From Candidatus Woesearchaeota archaeon (lineage in GTDB: Archaea > Nanobdellota > Nanobdellia > Woesearchaeales > SKGA01), in the NCBI GenBank assembly GCA_016926395.1, contig JAFGOT010000026.1, positions 1 to 22,832 on the forward strand: a stretch of 22,832 nt of DNA, given 5' to 3'. Positions 14,839-22,243 of the stretch are shown piece after piece. Under the pieces are notes generated by a model, which made no database searches, was not told where the DNA came from, and saw nothing but the letters and a program-made list of their open reading frames with translations. Each line of letters opens with the position of its first letter. The stretch's first letter is position 1. Made by a program: the position numbers and the translations under genes.

Positions 14839-15671
14839 TTTATCAATAAAGCATATGCTTGTTCTTCAATATATTTTAAAGTATCTAATTTTGTTGGATC
14901 ATATCTTTGATAATAAGAATATCTTTCCAAAGCAATCAGTGCAAGATATAATAATTCTCTTTTGGAAACAAAAGGAATTGATTTTTCCTCGCAATCAGCA
15001 AAATAAATTTGTTCATAAATAAACAATTGACAAACATCCCATTCAGGACCAGCCGAACTGACACTTGTTTGAGGGTCAAGTAAATACAATAAACCATCTT
15101 TTATGAAAAAATTTTTCAGCAAATCGTTATGAGTCAAAACACCAGTTTCTCTATTAGCAATAGAATTAATCAAGATAGAATAATCTTTTATTTCAACGCC
15201 TCTGCGTTTGGCTTTATCAACTAAAGAAAATAAAAAATCCGATTCAGTATCAAACTCCAAAATCAAAGGTTTTACAGATTCAATCCCGCCAAAACCAGAA
15301 ATGGAAAACTGTGCAAGTTTTGATATAATTGAAGTTATAGTATTATGAAAAAGTTCTTTATAATCAGAGTATGACAAATCAATAATAGGAGTTAGACCCT
15401 CAAGTAATTCCATTTCATAACCAACATAATGTTCCCCATCACATACAAAAGAATGAACACATAAAACATGCGAAGTTGGGATGTTCAATAATTCTAATTG
15501 TTCTAAAAACCAAGCCTCAATGAAGCCTTTCTTTTTTGGAATTTTAAAAATTGTTTTTTTGTCATCAAAGTCCATCTGATAAATCCAAGAATCTAGTTTT
15601 GAAATCAGTTGAATCTCTTTTGCATTTGGAAATAATAATAACAAAGATTTTCTGAAATCAAGTTCACTCAT
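14835..15671 (-). CDS. Aminoglycoside phosphotransferase / choline kinase-like small-molecule kinase
   Basis: TIFKIP (beta3 Lys), IEAWFL (helix C Glu), Brenner-type HNDLLKN (15111-15131), LLDP (second Asp), EWDV. ATGA overlap with the upstream gene. Confidence 0.8.
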   Translation of the reverse strand: MSELDFRKSLLLLFPNAKEIQLISKLDSWIYQMDFDDKKTIFKIPKKKGFIEAWFLEQLELLNIPTSHVLCVHSFVCDGEHYVGYEMELLEGLTPIIDLSYSDYKELFHNTITSIISKLAQFSISGFGGIESVKPLILEFDTESDFLFSLVDKAKRRGVEIKDYSILINSIANRETGVLTHNDLLKNFFIKDGLLYLLDPQTSVSSAGPEWDVCQLFIYEQIYFADCEEKSIPFVSKRELLYLALIALERYSYYQRYDPTKLDTLKYIEEQAYALLIK

Positions 15672-17641
15672 ATATATGACCTCTCTCGAAGGCTTTTTAG
15701 AGAATTATAAAATCCCTCTTTATCATCAATTTTTTCTAAAGCACGATAATATGAATGCATAAATTCTCTTTGAAGTTTTAAATCAGGAGATAAATTTTTA
15801 ACATACGAATCTATTTTTTTATGAAAATCAAGTTTACAATTTCTTTTGGCAGATTTCCATAAATCAACTAGTTCAGGATTAATTGAATTTAAATAATTAA
15901 AAGTATTTTCCCAAGAAATATAATACATCAGATATTTGACAGTCCATAATAAAATATTTTCTTCAATTGGATGAAATACAGGAGCATTAGAATTTAACCT
16001 AACAGGCCAATTCTCATGAGATAAATTCCTTAAAGTTTCAATAGGAACTAACTGCAAAGAATGAGCACATAAGAACGTATCAGCTACCGTTTTAAAATCT
16101 TTAGGATGATATGCATAGTCCTCAAATCGCATAATCATGCCAGCACCACCATGAACGTATGGCTTTGAGTGAACAAACCTAAGATCAGCTGAAAAACCTT
16201 TAGCAATATTGTGCCATAAAGATACTTGATTTCTTGAATCAACCATATAACCAGAAATTATTTTGTTATTTGGTGAAGATTTTAATAAATTCAAATTGGA
16301 GTTAAACAACGACTCAGGAAAACAAATTAACTCTTCCAACTCATCATCCCAAAAAGAAAAATAATTATTTTTTGAAGCATCAGATGAAATTTTATCAGTT
16401 AAAAATGTGTGACACATATCTAAACTTCCAGATAAAGAAGTAACAACATCTCTAGGACTTTCAATAATAAACATATTAACTTTATTAACTAAATCCCTGT
16501 TTTTATCTATAAAACTTAGAGCAACATCTAAAGTTGAATCAGTAGTGTTGTTTATGTGAAGAACCACCCTAAAGTTTATATTAACAGACTTCTCTATTTC
16601 ATTGAACAAATATTCTAAAGCTTTGTAAATTTTATCATTAGCATTTCTGACTGGAAAAACAAGATTTATCACATCTTCTTCAACAAAATCAATACGAGAG
16701 ATTTGCGAAACTAGCGAAGATATCCCATTAATATCAATTCTGGAAGGATATAAATAATCAAAATCAGACAAAGAAACATCTGAAGAAATTGAATAAGATT
16801 TACTTGAACAAAATTCAGAAAACAAATTATCAATTAAGTCATCATAAAAAAAGTTAACATAATCACTTCCTCTAGATTTAATTACTTCCGAAACTAAATC
16901 TGAACTTTTAGCATCAATAATAGCCTGTTGAACTAAGTCAATCATCTTTTCAGGAATGATCGAAGGAACGTTTCCTTTATCAGAAATAAAAATATAATCA
17001 CCCAATTTATCTGCAGGAACTTTTGTTAAAGAAATCTGTCCTAAAAATTTATTATTATCTCCTGCTGAACCAAAATGAAAAATACATTTTCTGCCAATTG
17101 TTTGTTTAATCGTTTCCATGTCAAATGTTGAATCAACAAAAAAATCAACCACATCTAAAATAGCCAAACGAGTTTCATCGTTTAAATCAACAAAACCTTG
17201 TTTTGATAATGAACAAACTACAGAAATAGGACACTCATTAATTAAAATAGAATCCAAATGACCATCACGCAATCTAGTAGTGGATAAACCCGAATCAATC
17301 AACTCAGATTTAGAGTGAGGAAAAGGAGAAGATAATTTATTTACTGCAAAAAGCAAATCAGTAAAAGGTATATTAAAAGTAATACGCTTGCCATCATATA
17401 GATTTACTAAAGTATCTTTCTCTTCTAGAACATGCTCAAAATTTAAATCATCCTGTTGACTTGTAGAATATTTATGCTTTGTTATTTCTAGAACTATTTG
17501 ATTTGAATTTTTTATGAAAAAATAATTAGCATAGACTCCAACATTAATAACATCATCTTTATTTAACGAAGAAATAAATGACAAAGGTCTTAAATCCATA
17601 ATCCTACCTAGAAATCGAACATCAGTTTTTTCTTTAACCAA
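15668..17641 (-). CDS. Two-domain protein: putative nucleoside phosphorylase/MTAN-like N-domain fused to a GT-A (GT2-like) glycosyltransferase
   Basis: GT2-like motifs: NLVFPVRN, HINNTTDSTLDVA, FWDDE, GGAGMIMR and ADTF. N-domain motifs in PNP_UDP_1 order: DVINVGVYA, DMET, IFISD. Start uncertain: TTG 17641 follows GGTGA at 5 nt; the track gives TTG 17677. The GT call is firmer than the N-domain call. Confidence 0.65.
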   Translation of the reverse strand: MVKEKTDVRFLGRIMDLRPLSFISSLNKDDVINVGVYANYFFIKNSNQIVLEITKHKYSTSQQDDLNFEHVLEEKDTLVNLYDGKRITFNIPFTDLLFAVNKLSSPFPHSKSELIDSGLSTTRLRDGHLDSILINECPISVVCSLSKQGFVDLNDETRLAILDVVDFFVDSTFDMETIKQTIGRKCIFHFGSAGDNNKFLGQISLTKVPADKLGDYIFISDKGNVPSIIPEKMIDLVQQAIIDAKSSDLVSEVIKSRGSDYVNFFYDDLIDNLFSEFCSSKSYSISSDVSLSDFDYLYPSRIDINGISSLVSQISRIDFVEEDVINLVFPVRNANDKIYKALEYLFNEIEKSVNINFRVVLHINNTTDSTLDVALSFIDKNRDLVNKVNMFIIESPRDVVTSLSGSLDMCHTFLTDKISSDASKNNYFSFWDDELEELICFPESLFNSNLNLLKSSPNNKIISGYMVDSRNQVSLWHNIAKGFSADLRFVHSKPYVHGGAGMIMRFEDYAYHPKDFKTVADTFLCAHSLQLVPIETLRNLSHENWPVRLNSNAPVFHPIEENILLWTVKYLMYYISWENTFNYLNSINPELVDLWKSAKRNCKLDFHKKIDSYVKNLSPDLKLQREFMHSYYRALEKIDDKEGFYNSLKSLRERSYI

Positions 17642-17642
17642 A

Positions 17643-18158
17643 CTATTCACCCAATCGCTGTTTAACAAAAGTCTCAAAAAGAGAAAGAGTATTTTTGATT
17701 CTTTTTTCTAAAGGCTCATCAAAATTAGCAGAGTCTGAAATCAAAACATCTTGAACCATCAAAAATTTTGGAAAAACAAAAGCACCATGACCAAAAAGGA
17801 AATAGTTTGAAATGTTCTGTATTGCTAGAGAAGATTTTTCAGTTGCTAAAGTCTCACAAAGTAAAACTGGTTTTAATTTTAATGTTGAAACTAAATCAAA
17901 AAAGTCTTTAATCAGACCTGAAAAAAATTGACCGTAAATAGGAGTACAAATTATTACACCAGAAGCTGATTTTATTTTGTCATTAAAATCTTTGACAACA
18001 TTAGTTTCTAAAGAAGAAAGTTTTGAACCACATCTAGGAACATCAATTAATCTCAAATCCAAATATTCACAAGAAGATAACTGTTTTGCAAGGTAATTGC
18101 AAAGAATATCAGTTTTAGAATTAGGATTTGCGCTTCCATTTATTATAAGGATAGACAT
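17643..18158 (-). CDS. NAD(P)H-dependent FMN reductase (flavodoxin-like fold)
   Basis: ILIINGSANPNSKT and ASGVIICTPIYGQFFSGLIKDFFD...KPV. ATG 18158 lies 23 nt from a TATA box; the track's 18179 abuts the TATA. Confidence 0.88.
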   Translation of the reverse strand: MSILIINGSANPNSKTDILCNYLAKQLSSCEYLDLRLIDVPRCGSKLSSLETNVVKDFNDKIKSASGVIICTPIYGQFFSGLIKDFFDLVSTLKLKPVLLCETLATEKSSLAIQNISNYFLFGHGAFVFPKFLMVQDVLISDSANFDEPLEKRIKNTLSLFETFVKQRLGE

Positions 18159-18180
18159 AATAAAAAAAACAAAAATCATA

Positions 18181-18197
18181 CTTTATATAACTTTCTC
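18181..18197 (-). promoter_or_regulatory. BRE/TATA promoter of the four-gene operon
   Basis: Minus strand reads GAGAAAG-TTATATAAAG. Confidence 0.6.
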
Positions 18198-18203
18198 AAA
18201 AAA

Positions 18204-18587
18204 TTATTCGTTTTGCTCAGATAAAAAAAGGTTCAATGAATCTAAACGCTCACATCGATCTTGAGAACCATAGCAATTAACTTGTATTCTTTCCCCTTTA
18301 CCTTTATCAAATGCACAACCTCTTTGCCAACCACTTGCATAACTTTTCCAAGTTCTATATTTATCACAAATACCAAAAGGAATTCCTTTTTTTGTTTGAA
18401 GTAAATACATTAAGTGATGACTAGTGTTTGGATGTTCAATGTCAATATCCTGTAAAGTACATTTAGTTCTAGAAGAAGATTCAATAAGAGCTTCCAAAAC
18501 ACGATTATTTTCGTTCGGATTATCAGTAAATTTAGCTAAATCTCCAGGATAAAAATCATCAAATAACAAATTGGCATATGTTTTCAT
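18204..18587 (-). CDS. Hypothetical protein (127 aa)
   Basis: Fills the gap between neighbouring genes, ATG start, TTTTAAAA about 25 nt upstream. No family recognised. Confidence 0.6.
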   Translation of the reverse strand: MKTYANLLFDDFYPGDLAKFTDNPNENNRVLEALIESSSRTKCTLQDIDIEHPNTSHHLMYLLQTKKGIPFGICDKYRTWKSYASGWQRGCAFDKGKGERIQVNCYGSQDRCERLDSLNLFLSEQNE

Positions 18588-18685
18588 TACAAAGTAGGAA
18601 TGAAAATATGTTTTTAAAAATTACTAAAAAAAACAACTTGAAAAAAATATAAAAAAATAAGGCAAAAATGCTCTGAAATCATAAA

Positions 18686-19087
18686 CTAAGACCATTTATG
18701 TCTTAAATACTGAAGTGCATGACCCATCTGGTCGTCGGAATATTTTGCAAAAAAATCAGGAAAATTAAGAAACTCCAAGAGTTCTAATTCTCTTGTTTCG
18801 TTAATAGTTGGATTTCCAGTAAATAATCCCTTAAAAAGATAAAGGACCTTTTCTTTTCCACCAATATTAAAATACTGAGCATCGAACAAAGATAAAGACT
18901 CAACACTAATATTATCTAATTCTTCAACAATACACCGACGCGCAGCATTTTCTTTGGACTCCCCTTCTTCAATGGTTTCAGAAGGAAGACTCCAAACACC
19001 AGGCAAATTTTCTCGACTAGAAACACGTTTAGCAAATAGAACTTCACCATCGCCATTTTCCAAAATTAAAAGAGATGCTTGTTTCAT
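18686..19087 (-). CDS. NUDIX-fold protein with a degenerate Nudix box
   Basis: EVLFAKR...GVWSLPSETIEEGESKENAARRCIVEEL. ATGA overlap with the hisS stop. Confidence 0.8.
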   Translation of the reverse strand: MKQASLLILENGDGEVLFAKRVSSRENLPGVWSLPSETIEEGESKENAARRCIVEELDNISVESLSLFDAQYFNIGGKEKVLYLFKGLFTGNPTINETRELELLEFLNFPDFFAKYSDDQMGHALQYLRHKWS

Positions 19088-20397
19088 CCTAATAACCTTT
19101 TAATTGCATCTTCAACGGAAATCTTTTCTTCATTTCGAGTAGCTAATTCTTTTAGAGAAATAACATTGTCACGAAGTTCATCTTCACCAATAACTGCAAC
19201 GAAAGGAATTCCTTGTGAGTCGGCATATTGCATATTTTTTGAAGGACCACGATTCATCAAATCAATATCAACATTAATACCAGCAGAACGTATTTTTTGC
19301 GCAATATCCAATGATTCTTTTTTAGTTCCAAGAGGCACGATAAAAAGTTTTGTTCTGGTTTTTTGTTCTTGCGTTTTATTAAGTTTCTTTAGAACATCAA
19401 CAACCCTATCAAGACCAAAACTAATTCCAACAGCAGGAAAAGAACGTGCATTCGCACTCAGCGATTCAGGGTTCTGGGATCCGGAAAGATAACTACCTAT
19501 CAAATTGTCATATCTACCACCAGCACCAACTGCACCAATGCTTTTATTCTCATTTGCATAAACTTCAAACACGGTTCCAGTATAGTAACCTAGACCTCTT
19601 GCTAAAGTTGGAGTGAAAACAACATTTGAATTTGGAAAATAAGAAAGCAGTTCTTTTAGTTCAATTAAACCCTCATTTCCAGGAAGCATATTTTCAAAAA
19701 TTAGAAGTTTATCATCATTACTTCCTTGAGTGTTTAGAAGATTAAGAATTTTTAGAACAACATCTTCGTTAAATCCTTTTTCTTTAGCATCATTAAGAAC
19801 ACCATCTTGTCCAAGCTTATCAAGTTTATCAATCGACATCATAACACTGGCAGCGTCTTTTTCAGAGACTCCTTCTTTAACCATTAAGTCAATGAAAAAT
19901 TTCCGATTATTAACTTGTATTTGAACATCAACGCCAACACTTTTGTAAGCATCAATTGCAACGTTAATACAAGTAGCATCAGCTAACATGTCAGAACTTC
20001 CAACTATATCAACATCACATTGAGTAAATTCTCTGTAACGACCTTCTTTAATAGGTGCATCTCGATACACTTTTCCAATTTGATATCGTTTGAAAGGCAT
20101 CTTTATCGTTCTATTCATTCCAACATATCTGGACAAAGGAACTGTTAAGTCAAATCTTAAGCCAAGATTCCGACCCCCATTATCAGTCAACCGATACGTT
20201 TCAGACATAGCATCGCTTTCTTCTCCTGCTGCAAACTTCGCAGACAGAACATCATATCGTTCTATGATTGGAGTATTAAGTGGAATAAAGCCATATCTAG
20301 CAAAAATCTTTTTGAAATTGTCAGTAATGTTTTCGCGAAGCATTTCTTCGCTTGGATTTATATCTCGCACTCCTCGTGCAGTTTCAAGTTCAACCAT
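19084..20397 (-). CDS. hisS: Histidyl-tRNA synthetase
   Basis: RGVRD, LRFDLTVP, motif 2 YQIGKVYRD...GRYREFTQCDVD, ARGLGYYTG, GAGGRYD, motif 3 AVGISFGLDR, C-terminal anticodon-binding domain. ATG 20397 is preferred (GAGGA 9 nt upstream). Confidence 0.97.
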   Translation of the reverse strand: MVELETARGVRDINPSEEMLRENITDNFKKIFARYGFIPLNTPIIERYDVLSAKFAAGEESDAMSETYRLTDNGGRNLGLRFDLTVPLSRYVGMNRTIKMPFKRYQIGKVYRDAPIKEGRYREFTQCDVDIVGSSDMLADATCINVAIDAYKSVGVDVQIQVNNRKFFIDLMVKEGVSEKDAASVMMSIDKLDKLGQDGVLNDAKEKGFNEDVVLKILNLLNTQGSNDDKLLIFENMLPGNEGLIELKELLSYFPNSNVVFTPTLARGLGYYTGTVFEVYANENKSIGAVGAGGRYDNLIGSYLSGSQNPESLSANARSFPAVGISFGLDRVVDVLKKLNKTQEQKTRTKLFIVPLGTKKESLDIAQKIRSAGINVDIDLMNRGPSKNMQYADSQGIPFVAVIGEDELRDNVISLKELATRNEEKISVEDAIKRLLG

Positions 20398-20548
20398 TAT
20401 AATCATTCCTCATATTTGTTTATTTAATTGTTTTGTTATTTTAATGTAAAATAAAAGGCGAAACAAAAGTTTCTAGCTTTAGAAAGGTTAAGACTAGCAA
20501 TGGAGAAACATTACAAGAAATATACTTACAAGTAGGTTAAATGTCGAA

Positions 20549-20581
20549 TTACTCGTGATGAATATAACCAACTCGTTTCAT
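20549..20581 (-). other. Candidate upstream ORF MKRVGYIHHE* ahead of hisS
   Basis: ATG AAA CGA GTT GGT TAT ATT CAT CAC GAG TAA, with TTTAAATA (20606-20613) about 25 nt upstream. The ORF is certain; its function is speculative. Confidence 0.25.
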
Positions 20582-20760
20582 AGTAATAAGTTATAGTTAC
20601 GTTCGTATTTAAAAGTTTTTTTAAAAAATAGAAATATCCGTATAAATTTAGTTTATATCACTTAAGTAAAAATAATAGAAAAATCACCCATACATTATTT
20701 GGAGTGTCAGAAATTTACAAAACAATCTATTTGACTAAGGAGTAAAACTCACCTCTTTAT

Positions 20761-20790
20761 CCAAAAGTCTTTTTAGACTTTTGGTTTTTT
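20761..20790 (+). terminator. Perfect 10-bp inverted repeat followed by T6 (terminator-like or operator)
   Basis: CCAAAAGTCT-tttt-AGACTTTTGG then TTTTTT. Confidence 0.5.
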
Positions 20791-20854
20791 ATTTACTACT
20801 CTTGAAAAAATTACAAAAGTTATTTAAACAAAAAATGTTTTTCTTAATGCTAAC

Positions 20855-21406
20855 ATGACATCAGAAGAAATGCCTCAAATGGATATTCTTGAAGGGGAAA
20901 AATGCCCAGTTTGCAGTGAAAACACATTGACACTAACAGAGATGGAAAGAGACATTCCTTTTTTTGGAATGGTTGCAATTTTTTCTATGGATTGTTCTAG
21001 TTGTAATTATCATAAAGCAGACGTTGAAGCTTTAGAAGAAAACGAACCTGCAAAATACACACTTGAAGTAAATAGTGAAGAGGATTTAAAGATTCGAATT
21101 ATTAAATCCAGCATGGCTAAAGTTAAAATTGGGACTATTGGAACTATCGAACCAGGAGAAGCAGCTAATGGATATGTTACAAATGTTGAAGGCGTTCTTA
21201 ACAGAATGAAAAGACAAATTGAACATTTAAAAGAAGTTGTTGACGATCCAGCAGATGCAAAGAAAGCAAAGAATGCACTTAAAAAAATAACTCGAGTTAT
21301 CTGGGGACAAGAACCATTAAAATTAGTCATCGAAGATCCTACTGGAAATTCTGCAATCATTAGCGAAAGAGCAGTTAAGGAAAAAATGAAAGCTAAGAAA
21401 AATTAG
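20855..21406 (+). CDS. ZPR1-family zinc finger protein
   Basis: CPVC and CSSC Zn ligands; DIPFFG, IRIIKSS, IEPG...GYVTNVEGVL and LVIEDPTGNSAII. Confidence 0.93.
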   Translation: MTSEEMPQMDILEGEKCPVCSENTLTLTEMERDIPFFGMVAIFSMDCSSCNYHKADVEALEENEPAKYTLEVNSEEDLKIRIIKSSMAKVKIGTIGTIEPGEAANGYVTNVEGVLNRMKRQIEHLKEVVDDPADAKKAKNALKKITRVIWGQEPLKLVIEDPTGNSAIISERAVKEKMKAKKN

Positions 21407-21439
21407 TAGCTTTTTTATTTTTTTAATTCTAATAAATAA

Positions 21440-22003
21440 TTAAGAAGTAGCCTTAATAGGTTTTTTTGCTTTGATAATTTTTTCTTGTTCTTTAACAAAT
21501 TGTTCTTGTTCTTTTTCAAGTTCTTCAATTCGTGACTTTAAGAAATCTACTGTTCTAGAATTATCCTGTTGATTCATCAATTCACCACATTCAGGACATT
21601 TAAAATCATATTCAAAAGCTTCATCAAATCCAAGCCGAGCGTGCGCAAAACGACACATGTAAAAAAACCCACCATCTTCATTTGATAAACGTTCTTTGAG
21701 GCGATTAATTGTTTCTAAACGAAGTTTTTCCTCAAGGTGAGCGATTGCGTCTTGGTTGAAATCCCAATAACAAATATACCAACCCTTAATTTTGTCTTTC
21801 TTTCTTTTGAAAGTTACAATGTTTTGATCAAGAAGTTTGTAAAGTAAATTTCGAGTTTTGTGAATTTCCAAATCCAATTCTTCAGCGATGATAAACTCAG
21901 AAATGTTAGATTTACCAATCAGGTATTCAACAATACTTAGAGCATCAGGTTCAGGCACAAGCTGTTTTAGGACATTCTCAATTTTATCTTTATTTACCTT
22001 CAT
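21440..22003 (-). CDS. tfe: Archaeal transcription factor E (TFIIE alpha homologue)
   Basis: Winged helix ISEFIIAEELDLEIHKTRNLLYKL...GWYICYW, Zn ribbon FYMCRFAH...FDEAFEYDFKCPECG, C-terminal coiled coil. Confidence 0.92.
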   Translation of the reverse strand: MKVNKDKIENVLKQLVPEPDALSIVEYLIGKSNISEFIIAEELDLEIHKTRNLLYKLLDQNIVTFKRKKDKIKGWYICYWDFNQDAIAHLEEKLRLETINRLKERLSNEDGGFFYMCRFAHARLGFDEAFEYDFKCPECGELMNQQDNSRTVDFLKSRIEELEKEQEQFVKEQEKIIKAKKPIKATS

Positions 22004-22089
22004 ATTAATTGGACTCCACTAGGATAGAATTCATACCAGGACAAGTACGAATCAATTTCACCCCTATAAGTGATTTCTGGAAAAGGAAA

Positions 22090-22104
22090 TATATAAATCT
22101 TTCG
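22090..22104 (-). promoter_or_regulatory. BRE/TATA promoter of tfe (5' UTR of about 60 nt)
   Basis: Minus strand reads CGAAAGA-TTTATATA. Confidence 0.55.
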
Positions 22105-22243
22105 ATTTATCACCACTATTGAGTGATTAATTTTTCCAAACCACAATTTTGGGATACAAAGAAGAAAAATGATTTAGGGGTTTATATATTTTTTGCATCA
22201 AAACAAGTCAAATAACAAGATAATCAAGTCACTAAACAATATT

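Noticed and set aside
14323-18179. Calling the operon a horizontally acquired island from its T-rich, F/S/L-rich coding
   Set aside because: The same bias affects other minus-strand genes and intergenic DNA. There are no flanking direct repeats, integrase or transposase.
20555-20561. C/D box sRNA suggested by GTGATGA (also ATGATGA at 9547-9553)
   Set aside because: There is no CTGA D box at a suitable distance on the same strand.
392-21360. Short overlapping ORFs in the track (e.g. 392-619, 1465-1677, 1716-1931, 2784-3035, 3104-3304, 4700-4972, 5066-5251, 5721-5942, 6453-6674, 9142-9387, 10544-10849, 12461-12643, 12680-12982, 13649-13837, 14493-14708, 14804-15022, 19079-19492, 19730-19924, 20090-20449, 21010-21360)
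   Set aside because: They are antisense or alternate-frame shadows of well-supported genes, or span a promoter region, and show no recognisable motifs.
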